From Squalus acanthias (taxonomy: Eukaryota): DNA of 64,000 bases. Positions 49,036 through 60,822 of the stretch are shown piece after piece. Position 1 is the first letter of the stretch. The number at the start of each line of letters is the position of its first letter. Location of the stretch: assembly GCA_030390025.1 (NCBI GenBank), contig CM059431.1, positions 132,372,001-132,436,000 of the forward strand, given 5' to 3'. Both the position numbers and the translations under genes were made by a program. The notes beneath the pieces are model-generated. The model saw nothing but the letters and a program-made list of their open reading frames with translations, searched no databases and was not told the origin of the DNA.

Positions 49036-50130
49036 TCATAGAATCATAGAATAGTACAGTACAGAAGGAGGCCACTCAGCCCATCGAGTCTCTGCCAGCT
49101 CTTTCGAAGAGTAATCCAGTTAGTCGTACTCCCCCACTCTTTCCCCAAATCCCTGCAATTTTTTCTCCTTCAAGTATTTATCCAATTCCCTTTCGAAGGC
49201 TATTATTGAATCTGTATCCACCACCCGATCAGGCAGTGCATTCCGAATCATTGTGTAAAAAAGCTTTTTCCTCATGTCGCCTCTGGTTCTTTCACCAATC
49301 ACCTTCAATCTGTGCCCCTTCAGCCAGCCGTTGGAAACAGTTTCCCTTTATTTACTCTAACTAAACCCTTGGTGATTTTAAACAACTCTATCAAATCTCC
49401 GCTTAGCCTTCTCTGCTCTAAGGATAACAACCCCAGCTTCTCTAGTCTATTCACGTAACTTTAATCCCTCATCCCTGGAACCATTCTAGTAAATCTCTTC
49501 TGTACCCTCTCCAAAGCCTTCATGTCCTTCCTAAAGTGTGGTGCCCAGAATTGGACAAAGTACTCCAGCTAGGGCCAAAACTAGTCTTTTATATCGGTTT
49601 AGCATAAATCCTGTCTTTTGTACTCTATCCTCTATTTATAAAGCCCAGGATCCCATATGCTTTACTAACTGCTTTGTTAACTTGTCCTGCCACCTTCAAA
49701 GATTTGTGCACAAACACTCCCAGGTCTCTCTCTTGCACCCCCTTTAAAATTGTACCATTTAGTGTGTATTGTCTCTCCTCATTCTTCCTACCAAAATGTA
49801 TCACCTCACACTTTTCTGCGTTGAATTTCATCTGCCATGTGTCCGCCCATTCCACCAGCCTGTCTATGTCTTCTTGAAGTCTATTACTATCTTACTCACT
49901 CTTTACTCCAAGTTTTGTGTCATCTGCAAATTTTGAAATTGTGCCCTGTACCCCCAAGTCCAAGTTATTAATGTATATCAAAAACAGTAGTGGTCCTAGT
50001 ACTGAACCTTGGTGAATTCCACTGTATACCACCCTCCAGTCTGAAAAACAGCCAGCCATTCACCACAACTCTTTTTTCTATCTCTTAGCCAATTTTGTAT
50101 CCATGCTGCTACTGCCTCTTTTATCCCATG
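49036..50130 (-). mobile_element. CR1 3' fragment
   Basis: WADTWQMKFNAEKCEVIHFG...KAYGILGFINRG; TCTATGAT tail. Confidence 0.85.
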
Positions 50131-50411
50131 GAGAAATAGGAGATGAGAATAAGGGTAACATAAATGGTCAGGGAACAGATACAGTTATAGCACATGAGTA
50201 TAAAATGAAGATTTAAAATAAAGTGAGGGGAACAATTAATATTGACGAGTGTGATTTTAACAAGTACTGTACACTGGAAATATAGTGTTCAGCTCAGAGA
50301 TTCAAACACATTTTACAGCCGATAAATAAAATAAAATTGAAAGATGGAAGGGTTAATAACAGAGTTAGAGCCATGACTTGTACATAAGCAGAAATTAGAA
50401 AGTCCCGTTAC

Positions 50412-50694
50412 CGGTACACCTGCAGGTCCGATTAAAGAATTTCAGCGGCCACCTCTCCCGATCATCCACGTTTCGAAGGTTGTACGGTCCACTCCAGGGT
50501 TTCTCGTTGACTTGCACATCAGCACAGTTCCCTCGATTGGCTTCAGTCCCGCAGAGCATCGCTGGATCGGAGCCCTGGGGTGGGCAGCATTGCTTGGAGA
50601 GCAGGGCAGAGACGGTGGTACATGCACGGGGAAATTGAGCAGCAGCCAGCTCGAAAACCCCGATCACCGTCCACAGCCACAGAGATAGACACAT
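50412..50694 (-). CDS. DCT: Dopachrome tautomerase (TYRP2) coding exon 1: signal peptide + Cys-rich domain
   Basis: ATG at 50694 gives [27 protein letters not shown]...CCP...[20 protein letters not shown]; donor G|gtaacg at 50412/50411. Typical tyrosinase-family N-terminus. Confidence 0.95.
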
Positions 50695-50852
50695 TCTCCC
50701 GAAACACAAGCAACTCACTGAAAGAGTCACCCGTTACTGCCAGATCAACTTGTACACTTCAATACAACTAAACCCCTGCGGTATGTGCTTACGCATGGGT
50801 CGCTAATAAAACCTCATTGAGGGGATAATTTAACTGAATGCATCTCATGATT

Positions 50853-50863
50853 TGCACATGACT
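50853..50863 (-). promoter_or_regulatory. M-box (MITF site) of the DCT promoter
   Basis: Minus strand AGTCATGTGCA, 10/11 match to the M-box AGTCATGTGCT of tyrosinase-family promoters, ~160 bp upstream of the ATG. Confidence 0.85.
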
Positions 50864-50935
50864 TGTGGCCCTTAACCTACAGAATTTTCTCACCAAGCCT
50901 TATCACATTTCTGATAACCTTACATTGAAATTCTT

Positions 50936-53900
50936 TGCTGCCTTGAAGATGAGTTCATTGAGTGTATTAGGGATGGGTTTCTTGAGCAGTATGTAACTGA
51001 ACCGACCAGGGGGCAAGCAACATTAGATCTGGTCCTGTGTAAGGAGACAGGATTAATTAAAAATGTCCTAGTAAAGGATAGATTAAAGGGTAAGACGATA
51101 CATGATCAGTGGTGTACATTTAAGGAGTTCCACTACCCACAGGGCCATGACCGATCCGAACCTAGACTCATGTCCAAATTCCTGCCCGCTCCCCATAACC
51201 CTTAATGCCCTTTACTTCTAGGAAACTGTCTATTTCTGTTTTAAATTTATTTAATGATGTAGCTTCTACAGCTTTTTGTGGCAGCATATTCCATGGACCT
51301 ACCACCCTCTGAGTGAAGTAGTTCCTCCTCATCTCAGTTTTGAAAGAGCAGCCCCTTATTCTAAGACTATGTCCCCTAGTTCTAGTCTCACCCGTCATCG
51401 GGAACATCCTCCCCGCATCCACCCGATCCAACCCCTTCACAATCTTACATGTTTCAATAAGATCGCCTCTCATTCTTCTGAACTCCAATGAGTAGAGTCC
51501 CAATCTACACAACCTCTCCTCATATGACCACCCCCTCATCCCCGGGATTAACCGAGTGAACCTTTTTTGCACTGCCTCGAGAGCAAGGATGTCTTTCCTT
51601 AAGTAAGGACACCAAAACTGTATGCAGTATTCCAGGTGCGGTCTCACCAATACCTTGTACAACTGAAGCAATACCTCCCTATTTTTGTATTCTATCCCCC
51701 TAGCAATGAAAGCCAACATTCCATTTGCCTTCTTAATCACTTGCTGCACCTGCATACTAACCTTTTGAGTTTCGTGCACCAGGACCCCCAGATCCCTTTG
51801 CACTTCAGTACTCTCCAGTTTCTTTCCATTAAGATAATAAATTGCTCTGGGATTTTTCCTGCCAAAGTGCATCACCTCACACTTTCCAGTGTTGTATTCC
51901 ATCTGCCAAATCTCTGCCCACTTACTTAGCCTGTCTATGTCCCCTTGCAGGTTTTTTATGTCCTCCTCACTCACTACTTTCCCTCCCATCTTAGTATCAT
52001 CTGCAAATTTTGATATGTTACACTTGGTCCCTTCCTCCAAATCGTTAATATAGATTGTAAAGAGTTGGGGACCCAGCACTGACCCCTGTGGAACACCACT
52101 AGTTACTGATTGCCAGTCTGAGAATGAACCATTTATCCCAACTCTTTGCTTTCTGTTAGATAGCCAATCCTCTATCCATGCCAGAATATTACCCCCAATC
52201 CTGTGATTTTTTACCTTAAGCAATAATCTTTTGTGTGGCACCTTGTCAAATGCCTTTTGGAAGTCTAAATACACTACATCCACTGGTTCCCCTTTATCCA
52301 CTCTATATGTTACTTCCTCAAAGAACTCCAGCAAATTTGTCAAACATGACTTCCCCTTCGTAAAACCATGCTGACTTTGTCCTATTAAATTATGATTATC
52401 CAAATGTCCTGTTACTGTTTCCTTAATAATGGACTCCAAAATTTTACCTACCACAGATGTTAGGCTAACCGGTCTATAGTTACCAGCCTTCTGTCTACTG
52501 CCCTTTTTAAATAAGGGTGTTACATTAGCAGTTTTCCAGTCTGCCGGGACCTTAGCGGAATCCAGGGAGTTTTGAAAAATTATCACCAATGCATCTACAA
52601 TCCCTACCGCCACTTCCTTCAAGACTCTAGGATGTAAGCCATCAGGTCCAGGTGATTTATCCGCCTTGAGTCCCATTATTTTACCGAGTACCACTTCCTT
52701 AGTGATTTTGATCATGTTTAGCTCCTCTTCCCCTATAGCCCCCTGTTTGTCCAGTGTTGGGATATTCTTAGTGTCCTCTACTGTAAAGACTGATACAAAA
52801 TATTCATTCAGTGTTTTTGCCATCTCCATATTTCCCACCATTAATTTCCCGGTCTCATCCTCTAAGGGACCAACATTTACTTTAGCCACCCTTTTTCTTT
52901 TTATATAACTATAAAAACTCTTACTATCTGTTTTTATATTTTTTGCTAATTTACTTTCATAATCTATCTTCCCTTTCTTAATCAATCTTTTTGTTATTTT
53001 TTGCTGCCTTTTAAAGTTTTCCCAATCCTCTGTCCTCCCACTAGATTTCGCTACCTTATATGCCCTTGTTTTTAGTCGAATACTATCCTTAATTTCTTTA
53101 CTTAGCCACGGATGACTGTCCTTTTTTTTACACCCTTTTCTTTTCAGTGGAATATATTTTTTTTGGAAGTTGTAAAATAACTCCTTGAATGTACACCACT
53201 GATCATGTGTCATCTTACCCTTTAATCTATTTTCCCAATCCACTCCACTCAATTCCGCTCGCATACCTTCATAGTCTCCTTTATTCAAGCTTAGCACGCT
53301 TGTTTGAGATCCAACCTTCTCACCCTCTAATTGAATATGGAATTCAACCATGTTATGGTCACTCATTCCAAGGGGATCCTTTACTAGGACATTTTTAATT
53401 AATCCTGTCTCGTTACACAGGACCAGATCTAAGGTTGCTTGCCCCCTGGTCGGTTCAGTTACATACTGCTCAAGAAACCCATCCCTAATACACTCAATGA
53501 ACTCATCCTCAAGGCAGCCCTGCCCCATTTGAATTGTCCAATTAATATGATAGTTAAAATCCCCCATAATTATAGATGTTCCCTTATTACATGCCTCAAC
53601 TATTTCCTGATTGATACTCCGTCCAACAGATTTTACAACTTCCAAAAAATATATATTCCACTGAGAAGAAAAGGGTGTAAAAGAAAAGTCAGTCATCCGT
53701 GGCTAAGTAAAGAAATTAAGGATAATATTCAACTAAAAACAAGGGCTTATAAGGTAGCCAAATCTAGTGGGAGGATAGAGGATTGGGAAAACTTTAAAAG
53801 ACAGCAAAAAATAACAAAAAGATTGATTAAGAAAGGGAAGATAGATTATGAAAGTAAATTAGCAAAAAATATAAAAACAGATAGTAAGAGTTTTTATAGT

Positions 53901-55725
53901 TATATAAAAAGAAAAAGGGTGGCTAAAGTAAATGTTGGTCCCTTGGAGGATGAGACCGGGAAATTAATGGTGGGAAATATGGAGATGGCAAAAACACTGA
54001 ATGAATATTTTGTATCAGTCTTTACAGTAGAGGACACTAAGAATATCCCAACACTGGACAAACAGGGGGCTATAGGGGAAGAGGAGCTAAACATGATCAA
54101 AATCACTAAGGAAGTGGTACTCGGTAAAATAATGGGACTCAAGGCGGATAAATCACCTGGACCTGATGGCTTACATCCTAGGGTCTTGAGGGAAGTGGCG
54201 GTAGGGATTGTGGATGCATTGGTAATCATTTTCCAAAACTCCCTGGACTCAGCAAAGATCCCGGCAGACTGGAAAACTGCTAATTTAACACCCTTATTTA
54301 AAAAGGGCAGTAGACAGAAGGCTGGAAACTATAGACCGGTTAGCCTAACATCTGTGGTAGGTAAAATTTTGGAGTCCATTATTAAGGAGACAGTAACTGG
54401 ACATTTGGATAATCATAATTTAATAGGACAAAGTCAGCATGGTTTTATGAAGGGGAAGTCATGTTTGACAAATTTGCTGGAGTTCTTTGAGGAAGTAACA
54501 CACAGGGTGGATAAAGGGGAACCAGTGGATGTGGTGTATTTAGACTTCCAAAAGGCATTTGACAAGGTGCCACACAAAAGATTATTGCTTAAGAAAAAAA
54601 ATCACAGGATTGGGGGTAATATTCTGGCATGGATAGAGGATTGGCTATCTAACAGAAAGCAAAGAGTTGGGATAAATGGTTCATTCTCAGACTGGCAATC
54701 AGTAACTAGTGGTGTTCCACAGGGGTCAGTGCTGGGTCCCCAACTCTTTACAATCTATATTAACGATTTGGAGGAGGGGACCGAGTGTAACATATCAAAG
54801 TTTGTAGATGATACTAAGATGGGAGGGAAAGTAGTGAGTGAGGAGGACATAAAAAATCTGCAAGGGGACATAGACAGGCTAAGTAAGTGGGCAGAGATTT
54901 GGCAGATGGAATACAATACTGGAAAGTGTGAGGTTATGCACTTTGGCAGGAAAAATAGTACAGCAAGTTATTATCTAAATGGCAAGAAACTGGAAAGTAC
55001 TGAAGTACAAAGGGATCTGGGGGTCCTGGTGCACGAAACTCAAAAGGTTAGTATGCAGGTGCAGCAAGTGATTAAGAAGGCCAATGGAATGTTGGCTTTC
55101 ATTGCTAAGGGGATAGAATATAAAAATAGGGAGGTATTGCTTCAGTTGTACAGGGTATTGGTGAGACCGCACCTGGAATACTGCATACAGTTTTGGTGTC
55201 CATACTTAAGAAAAGACATACTTGCTCTCGAGGCAGTACAAAGAAGGTTCACTCGGTTAATCCCGGGGATGAGGGGATGGACATATGAGGAGAGGTTGGG
55301 TAGATTGGGACTCTACTCATTGGAGTTCAGAAGAATGAGAGGCGATCTTATTGAAACATATAAGATTGTGAAGGGGTTGGATCGGGTGGATGCGGGTAGG
55401 ATGTTCCCGATGATGGGTGAAACTAGAACTAGGGGGCATAATCTTAGAATAAGGGGCTGCTTTTTCAAAACTGAGATGAGAAGGAACTACTTCACTCAGA
55501 GGGTGGTAGGTCCATGGAATATGCTGCCCCAAAAAGCTGTAGAAGCTAAATCATTACATAAATTTAAAACAGAAATAGACAGTTTCCTAGAAGTAAAGGG
55601 AATTAAGGGTTACGGGGAGCGGGCAGGAATTTGGACATGAGTCTAGGTTCGGATCGGTCATGGCCCTGTGGGTAGCGTAGCGGGCCCAGGGGCCGTGTAG
55701 CCTGATTCTGCTCCTATTTCGTGTG
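50936..55725 (+). mobile_element. CR1 LINE of the same subfamily, split into 50936-51129 and 53630-55725 by the inverted copy
   Basis: ...DQWCTFKE at 51129 resumes as FYNFQK at 53630; ORF continues to the stop at 55640, then 3' UTR. Left piece has an internal deletion near 51078. Confidence 0.88.
51130..53629 (-). mobile_element. CR1 LINE ORF2 segment (APE C-part + RT), inverted, lacking its 3' terminus
   Basis: Long stop-free frame: IMGDFN, KSPGPDG, NYRPVSLTS, YLDFQKAFD, GVPQGSVLGP, KFADD; 3' UTR stops at GGGTAG. Confidence 0.92.
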
Positions 55726-56024
55726 TCCAATTCTGTTAGGTTCAGGAGATGGTTCTGTGATAGTAGATTGGCGGTTAGGATCAGATCAGCCATGATCTTA
55801 TTGAATGGCGGAGCAGGCTCGAGGGGCCAGTTGGCCTACTCCTGCTCCTATTTCTTATGTTCTTAGATAGTTTTCATGCTCCATTGAAAACTTTCTAATT
55901 TGTTCAGAGGGTGTTGATAAGACTGGCAAAGCCAGATTTATTGCCCATTCCTCATTGTTCTGAGAAGCTGGTGGAGGGCCACCTTGAACTGTTGGAGTCC
56001 TTGTGGTGATGTTCCAACATTGAT

Positions 56025-56635
56025 GCCCTGCCCCTGCCTCAGTCCAATGGCTGCTGAAACTCTCATCCATGCTTTTGTTACCTCCAGACTGGACTATTCC
56101 AATGTTCTCCTGGTTAGCCACCCAGCTTCCACCCTCAATAAACTTAAGCTCATTAAAAACTCTGATGCCCCATCCTCACTGGCACCAAGTCCCATTCACC
56201 CATCACTCCTGTGTTCACTGACCTACATTGGCTCCTGGTCCCTGAACACCTCCATTTAAAAATGTTCATTCTTGTGTTCGAATCCCTTCATGGCCTTGCC
56301 CCACCCTATCTCTGTAACCTCCTCCAGCCCTACAACCCTCCGGGATCTCTGCGTTGCTCCATTTCTGGCCTGTTGCGCATCCCCCACTTCCTTCACCCCA
56401 CCATTGGCGGCCGTGCCTTCAGCTGTCCAGGCCCTAAACTCTGGAATTCCCTTCCTAAACCTCTCCACCTCTCTCTCCTCCTTTAACATCCTCCTTAAAA
56501 CCTAGCTCTGACCAACCTGTCCTAAAGTCTCCTCCTTTGGCTCATGTCATTTTTTTGTCAGATTATGCTTCTGGGAAGTGCCTTGGGATGTGTTACTACG
56601 TTGAAGGTGCTATGTAACTGCAAATTGTTGTGTTG
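56025..56635 (+). mobile_element. L2-type LINE 3' fragment
   Basis: AETLIHAFVTSRLDYSN, DLHWL, GPKLWNSLP. Confidence 0.85.
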
Positions 56636-56807
56636 ATATAAGGTAGGGAATTCAAGCATATTGATGCAATGAAAATAAAGGAACAGTGATATATGTCTAA
56701 GTCAGGATGCTGTGTGAGTTAGAGTGATGTGTTCCCAGGACATCTCCACTCCTGCCCTTTTTAGTGGTAAAGGTCGCAGGTCAGGGAGCTGCTATCAAAG
56801 TAACAAC

Positions 56808-57388
56808 TGTTGGTGAAAAATTAATTCACTCGAGTCTGTCGTAAAGCAAAAGATCACAGTTTATTATTCAGAGCGCTCCGGGAGAATTCAGAGCGCTCTG
56901 GGAGAATGGTCACAGCCTGCGGTCTCATGACCCGCTTCTCAACTTAACAATGGTCACACAAGCTTCTTTATACACTTCCAAAAGCCAGAAAATACAAACC
57001 TCAGCACAGTTAGGGTTAGGGTTACATCATGAGTGACCCTTAGGTTGTCTAAAAACAACTTGATCAGAATTTTACACTGTTAGCGAAACTTATCCTTCAC
57101 TTCTGCTTTTTGTCAACCATCTGCGCTGCGAGGTTTCATTCTTAGTCCTTTCGAGGCTAGTTTATCATAAAAAAACAATGATTCACATTTTTGTTCTGCA
57201 GTGTCTGCATTATCTATACTGCAGCCTAAGCAAGTTGGTCTTTATCTAATTATACCCGTCTCCATCGGCTTGTAGCCTTCGGGAGGTACTTTGACCTTTA
57301 CTATAGTCCTTTAAGCAGTTCAACTAATCTTAAACATTACAACTGATTTGCCCTTACATTATTACAATTAATTTTTTTAACTCTTACA
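56808..57388 (-). repeat. ERV 3' LTR (581 bp)
   Basis: Preceded on the minus strand by purine tract AATAGGAGGGAC (57389-57400); contains minus-strand TATAAA (~56966-56971) and AATAAA (56860-56865). Confidence 0.95.
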
Positions 57389-57905
57389 GTCCCTCCTATT
57401 GGTCCCTGGCCAAAGCTTGATTTGTCTTGGGGACCATCATACCATGGTTATAACGGCGGCACACAGTTTCTAATGCTCTGTTGATGAGATCTTTTGACGA
57501 TGTTATTGTTGTTTCACAGTCCAATGTAAATGAGAACGCGCTCGGGAGAACGAGAGAGAAAGACACCCCGGAAGAGGTTGAGCTGCACAGTCCAGTCACA
57601 TCATGACTGTTGAGCTATTCGTACCATTTAGGTTAGGTTCTTCCTCTCCTCTTCCGTTTTTTTTTCTATCCTCCGTCCTCCGCCTGACTTGTCATGAACA
57701 TGTCCTTCTCTTTGAAATATCGATGATCCATTTCTTCCGTGTGTAGACGTATTCCTTGTAGCTTAAAGTTGTTCCCTTCATCTGTTTGTCTGTTTCTTCT
57801 TGTGTCATATGCCGCAACCAATGGTTTGTCCCTATTCTACTCTATCTCTAAAGTTTTACACATGCATTAATACAAACGTTACCCGCGCGTAAGCATTTTC
57901 CTTTC

Positions 57906-58408
57906 TTAGATAAACAGTGATCTATCTTTTATGTTATGATACACCTGCCCCACTGGTGCGGCTGGAACGACATCTTTTGCCATTTGGGCGCAGCAACATT
58001 TCAACAATAAAACCAGACCATACATCACTAATATTATAACAAAGAACAAAATCAATCCTTGTACTACTGATGTCCCGAGTGATCCCAACCATCCAGTTGT
58101 CCAGCCCCAAAGGGTGGATGCCGGAGGTTGTTTTAACTTTTTTACTTCTTCCTGTATGTGTTCTGCCAAGTTAGTTATTTCTTCTGAGCAGTCTGGTATG
58201 TAGGTACAACATTCTGTACCTATTAGGGCACAGGTTCCCCCTTTTTCTGCAAACACATAGTCAAGGGCCATGTTAATGGATTCCCTTGCCAATTTACCCG
58301 TAACTCTCTTTTGGCCCGTGGGGGTACTCTAGCCTGAGTCCTCCCGAGGCTACATATTATGTTTACACAAACAAGCAAACTACACATGATATCGCGTAAC
58401 ACGTTCAT
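57906..58408 (-). pseudogene. env: ERV env remnant: signal peptide joined by deletion to TM ectodomain/anchor
   Basis: MNVLRDIMCSLLVCVNIICSLG leader (58408), then in another frame NMALDYVFAEKGGTCALIGTECCTYIPD (ISD + CX6CC) and a hydrophobic anchor. Confidence 0.88.
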
Positions 58409-58512
58409 CTTATCACTTTATGTTAACAATGTCCCGAAGGCTATATCGCCAACCTAACCACTTTGTTGCTTGTAAAATCTATTTTCCTGTGGGGGTGAAT
58501 AGAATATTGTTA

Positions 58513-58740
58513 TTAAGCTGGTTCCTCGATCATAATCATTTGGATTCCCTCCTCCTGCTCGACCGGTTGGAATTGACGGGACCGTTCCCATACATATTTC
58601 AGGATATATCCCAAGGTATATCCTATCAAGATAATACATATTATCCAAACTAGTGTTTGTGTCAGCGTCCATTCCCATTCGTCATATTGTCTAGCATATT
58701 CTTCATTTTCTACAAAAGGTACTTGTTCTGGTGTAGCCAT
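58513..58740 (-). CDS. Putative 75-aa single-pass membrane accessory ORF between pol and env
   Basis: ATG in AGAATGG context 2 nt after the pol stop; hydrophobic TLVWIICIILIGYTLGYIL between acidic flanks. Confidence 0.45.
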   Translation of the reverse strand: MATPEQVPFVENEEYARQYDEWEWTLTQTLVWIICIILIGYTLGYILKYVWERSRQFQPVEQEEGIQMIMIEEPA

Positions 58741-58742
58741 TC

Positions 58743-60225
58743 TTAAATTGGTGAAGGGTCATAGGCTTTTAGCTGTGTCCAGTGCTTCCATCGTCCCATG
58801 CCCTTTATATTAATGCAAGCACACGTATCCCCACTAATTAAAATCTGATATGGTCCCGACCATTTTGGGGCGAACCCGGGTTTTCCTGGTAGATTCTTAA
58901 CCATTACCTTGGTCCCCGCTGGAGCGATATATGGAAATGCGGTCAATTCCAAATCTTTATCTCTTTCTTCCTGTCTTTCCCTAGTTTGCTGTTTCATTTC
59001 TTTTAATTGGTTACTCATTTCCAGGACATATCTGCAGAGTTTATCCTTTAGGGGACCCACATCTTCTCCTCCAGTCATTATACCATGGGGGTCCTCCCCG
59101 TCATTAGCTCATATGGTGATAGGCCCGTGGTTCGATTTGGGGTGGCTCTTAGTTTCATTAATACTGTGGGTAGCACATCCACCCACCTTTGCTGTTTTTC
59201 CCCCAATGCTTTGGCTACCGCTGTTTTTAAGGTGAGATTCATTCTTTCTACCATTCCAGAACTTTGAGGATGGTATGGGATGTGGAATTTCTGTTTTATT
59301 GACCCCCTTCCTGTATGGAGCTTCCATGATGTAGTTCTAAAAGTATCTGTCTGATGCACACGGGGGCTATCACCTTTCCATTCTTTCGCCATATTGCCTC
59401 TTCATCTGGTCTGCCCCCTACTCGGTACCATTCCTGTCTTTCGTCTTCTGGGGCATCTGCATGCAATTTACTGATATCTATTTCCTCTACCTGTGCACTA
59501 GCTACATTCCCTTCAACCATTTCTTGTTCAAGAGCTCGCTGTGCTGCTCGATCAGCGGCCTGGTTCCCTTTTTGCTCCTGATTCTGTATCTTCTGGTGCG
59601 CTTTGATTTTTATTACTGCAGCTTGTGCTGGGGCTTTCGTGGCTTCCAAGAGGGCCTCTATTCGCTGCTGGTGTTTTATGTGATCCCCTCCGGTTGTCAC
59701 AAACCCCCTTCTCCCCCAAGCTGTCATATAATCGTGTACCACTCCGAATGCATATCTACTATCCGTGTAGATGTTTACTGTCTTTCCCCTTGCTAATTCT
59801 AGTGCCTTTGTTAACGCTACTATCTCGGCTACTTGTGCCGACAAGCTTCCGTCTAACCTTCCCGACATTTCTGTTTCCAACTGATCATTTACTACTGCCC
59901 ATTCTGTCCGGGGAGATCCCTCTACATATTTCCTTGACCCGTCTACGTACAGTGTCATCTGAGCTTCCTCCAGCGGTTCGTCCTGCACGAGGGTTTCGTC
60001 TAGTTCCCCCTCCGTCTCTGAGCACTGATGGGGGCTTCCCTCACTCAGGATGCCTTCCGCGGGGTTTTCCCCTGTATCCCGAATTACCTTAACTGTCTGG
60101 TCTATCGGCAGTAGGACTGCTTCCCATCGAGCTCGCCGCATATTGGAAACTGACCGTAGTTTCCCGGTATTTAACATCTCTACCAGTGTATGCCGAGTGT
60201 GTAAGATGATATCCCCTGTCATCAC
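58743..60225 (-). pseudogene. pol: ERV pol remnant: connection/RNase H + partial integrase, frameshifted and deleted
   Basis: LYVDGS, AQVAEIVAL, IYTDSRYAFGVVHD, IKAH (RNase H); HIPYHPQSSGMVERMN, TTGLSPYELMTGR, PKWSGPY, WKHWTQLK (integrase core/C-term). Confidence 0.9.
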
Positions 60226-60822
60226 AGTTGGTTTGCTACTCTAACTCTGCATCTCTGTCCTACATTATTCTTAGCGCATATTATACAACGGTGACAATAC
60301 TTCGCCACCTCGCGACCCATCTTTGGCCACCACCAGTACTGTGTCAGTAGGTGCAACATGTTACTTCTGCCGGTATGTGTTACACCATGGTACAGCCCCA
60401 TCAGTTGTTGTCTACAACCTTCCGGTGCCACCACCTGGTTTCGTGGGCCCCATCTCCAAATTCTATCTCGTAACTGTACGCCAGCTTGTTTCCATCTCTC
60501 CTTTTCCTCTTTACTAGTATTTTCTTGTATCTCCACTATATTCACTTCCTGAACCCCAGTGGCTGTCATGACCATATTTATCTCGTGTTCAAACGCGGCT
60601 TCTGGTTTAAGTTCCTCCGCGGCTAGTTTTGCGGCCAAATCTGCATACCGATTTTCTATGGGAGCCTGATCCTGGGGCTCCTATGAGTCCATGTCTATCT
60701 TCGTGTGGGCCTCTATTTTAATTACCGCGGTTTCTAAAGGTGCCTGTGTCGCCTTAACTAACCTTTCTATTAGTTTTCCATGTTTTACTACCTTTCCAGT
60801 GGAGGTCATATAACTCCTTCTG
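60222..60822 (-). pseudogene. Second, divergent RNase H C-half + integrase HHCC zinc domain
   Basis: RRSYMTSTGKVVKHGKLIERLVKATQAPLETAVIKIEAH...YADLAAKLAA...YHGVTHTG...WWWPKM...CHRCIICAKNN. Confidence 0.8.

Noticed and set aside
1839..50694. TYR or TYRP1 instead of DCT
   Set aside because: Exon sizes 300/101/167/180/202 and motifs [33 protein letters not shown] fit DCT; the tyrosinase HH pair is absent.
50695..50730. N-terminal extension [12 protein letters not shown] of DCT
   Set aside because: Begins at GTG; the ATG at 50694 gives a normal 19-aa signal peptide before QFPR.
53439..53696. Overlapping N-termini of the 842-aa and 733-aa ORFs as genuine coding sequence
   Set aside because: They are antisense read-through across the junction at 53630.
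57010..57024. TTAGGGTTAGGGTTA telomere-like motif in both LTRs
   Set aside because: Only 2.5 units and duplicated simply as part of the LTR; no evidence of function.
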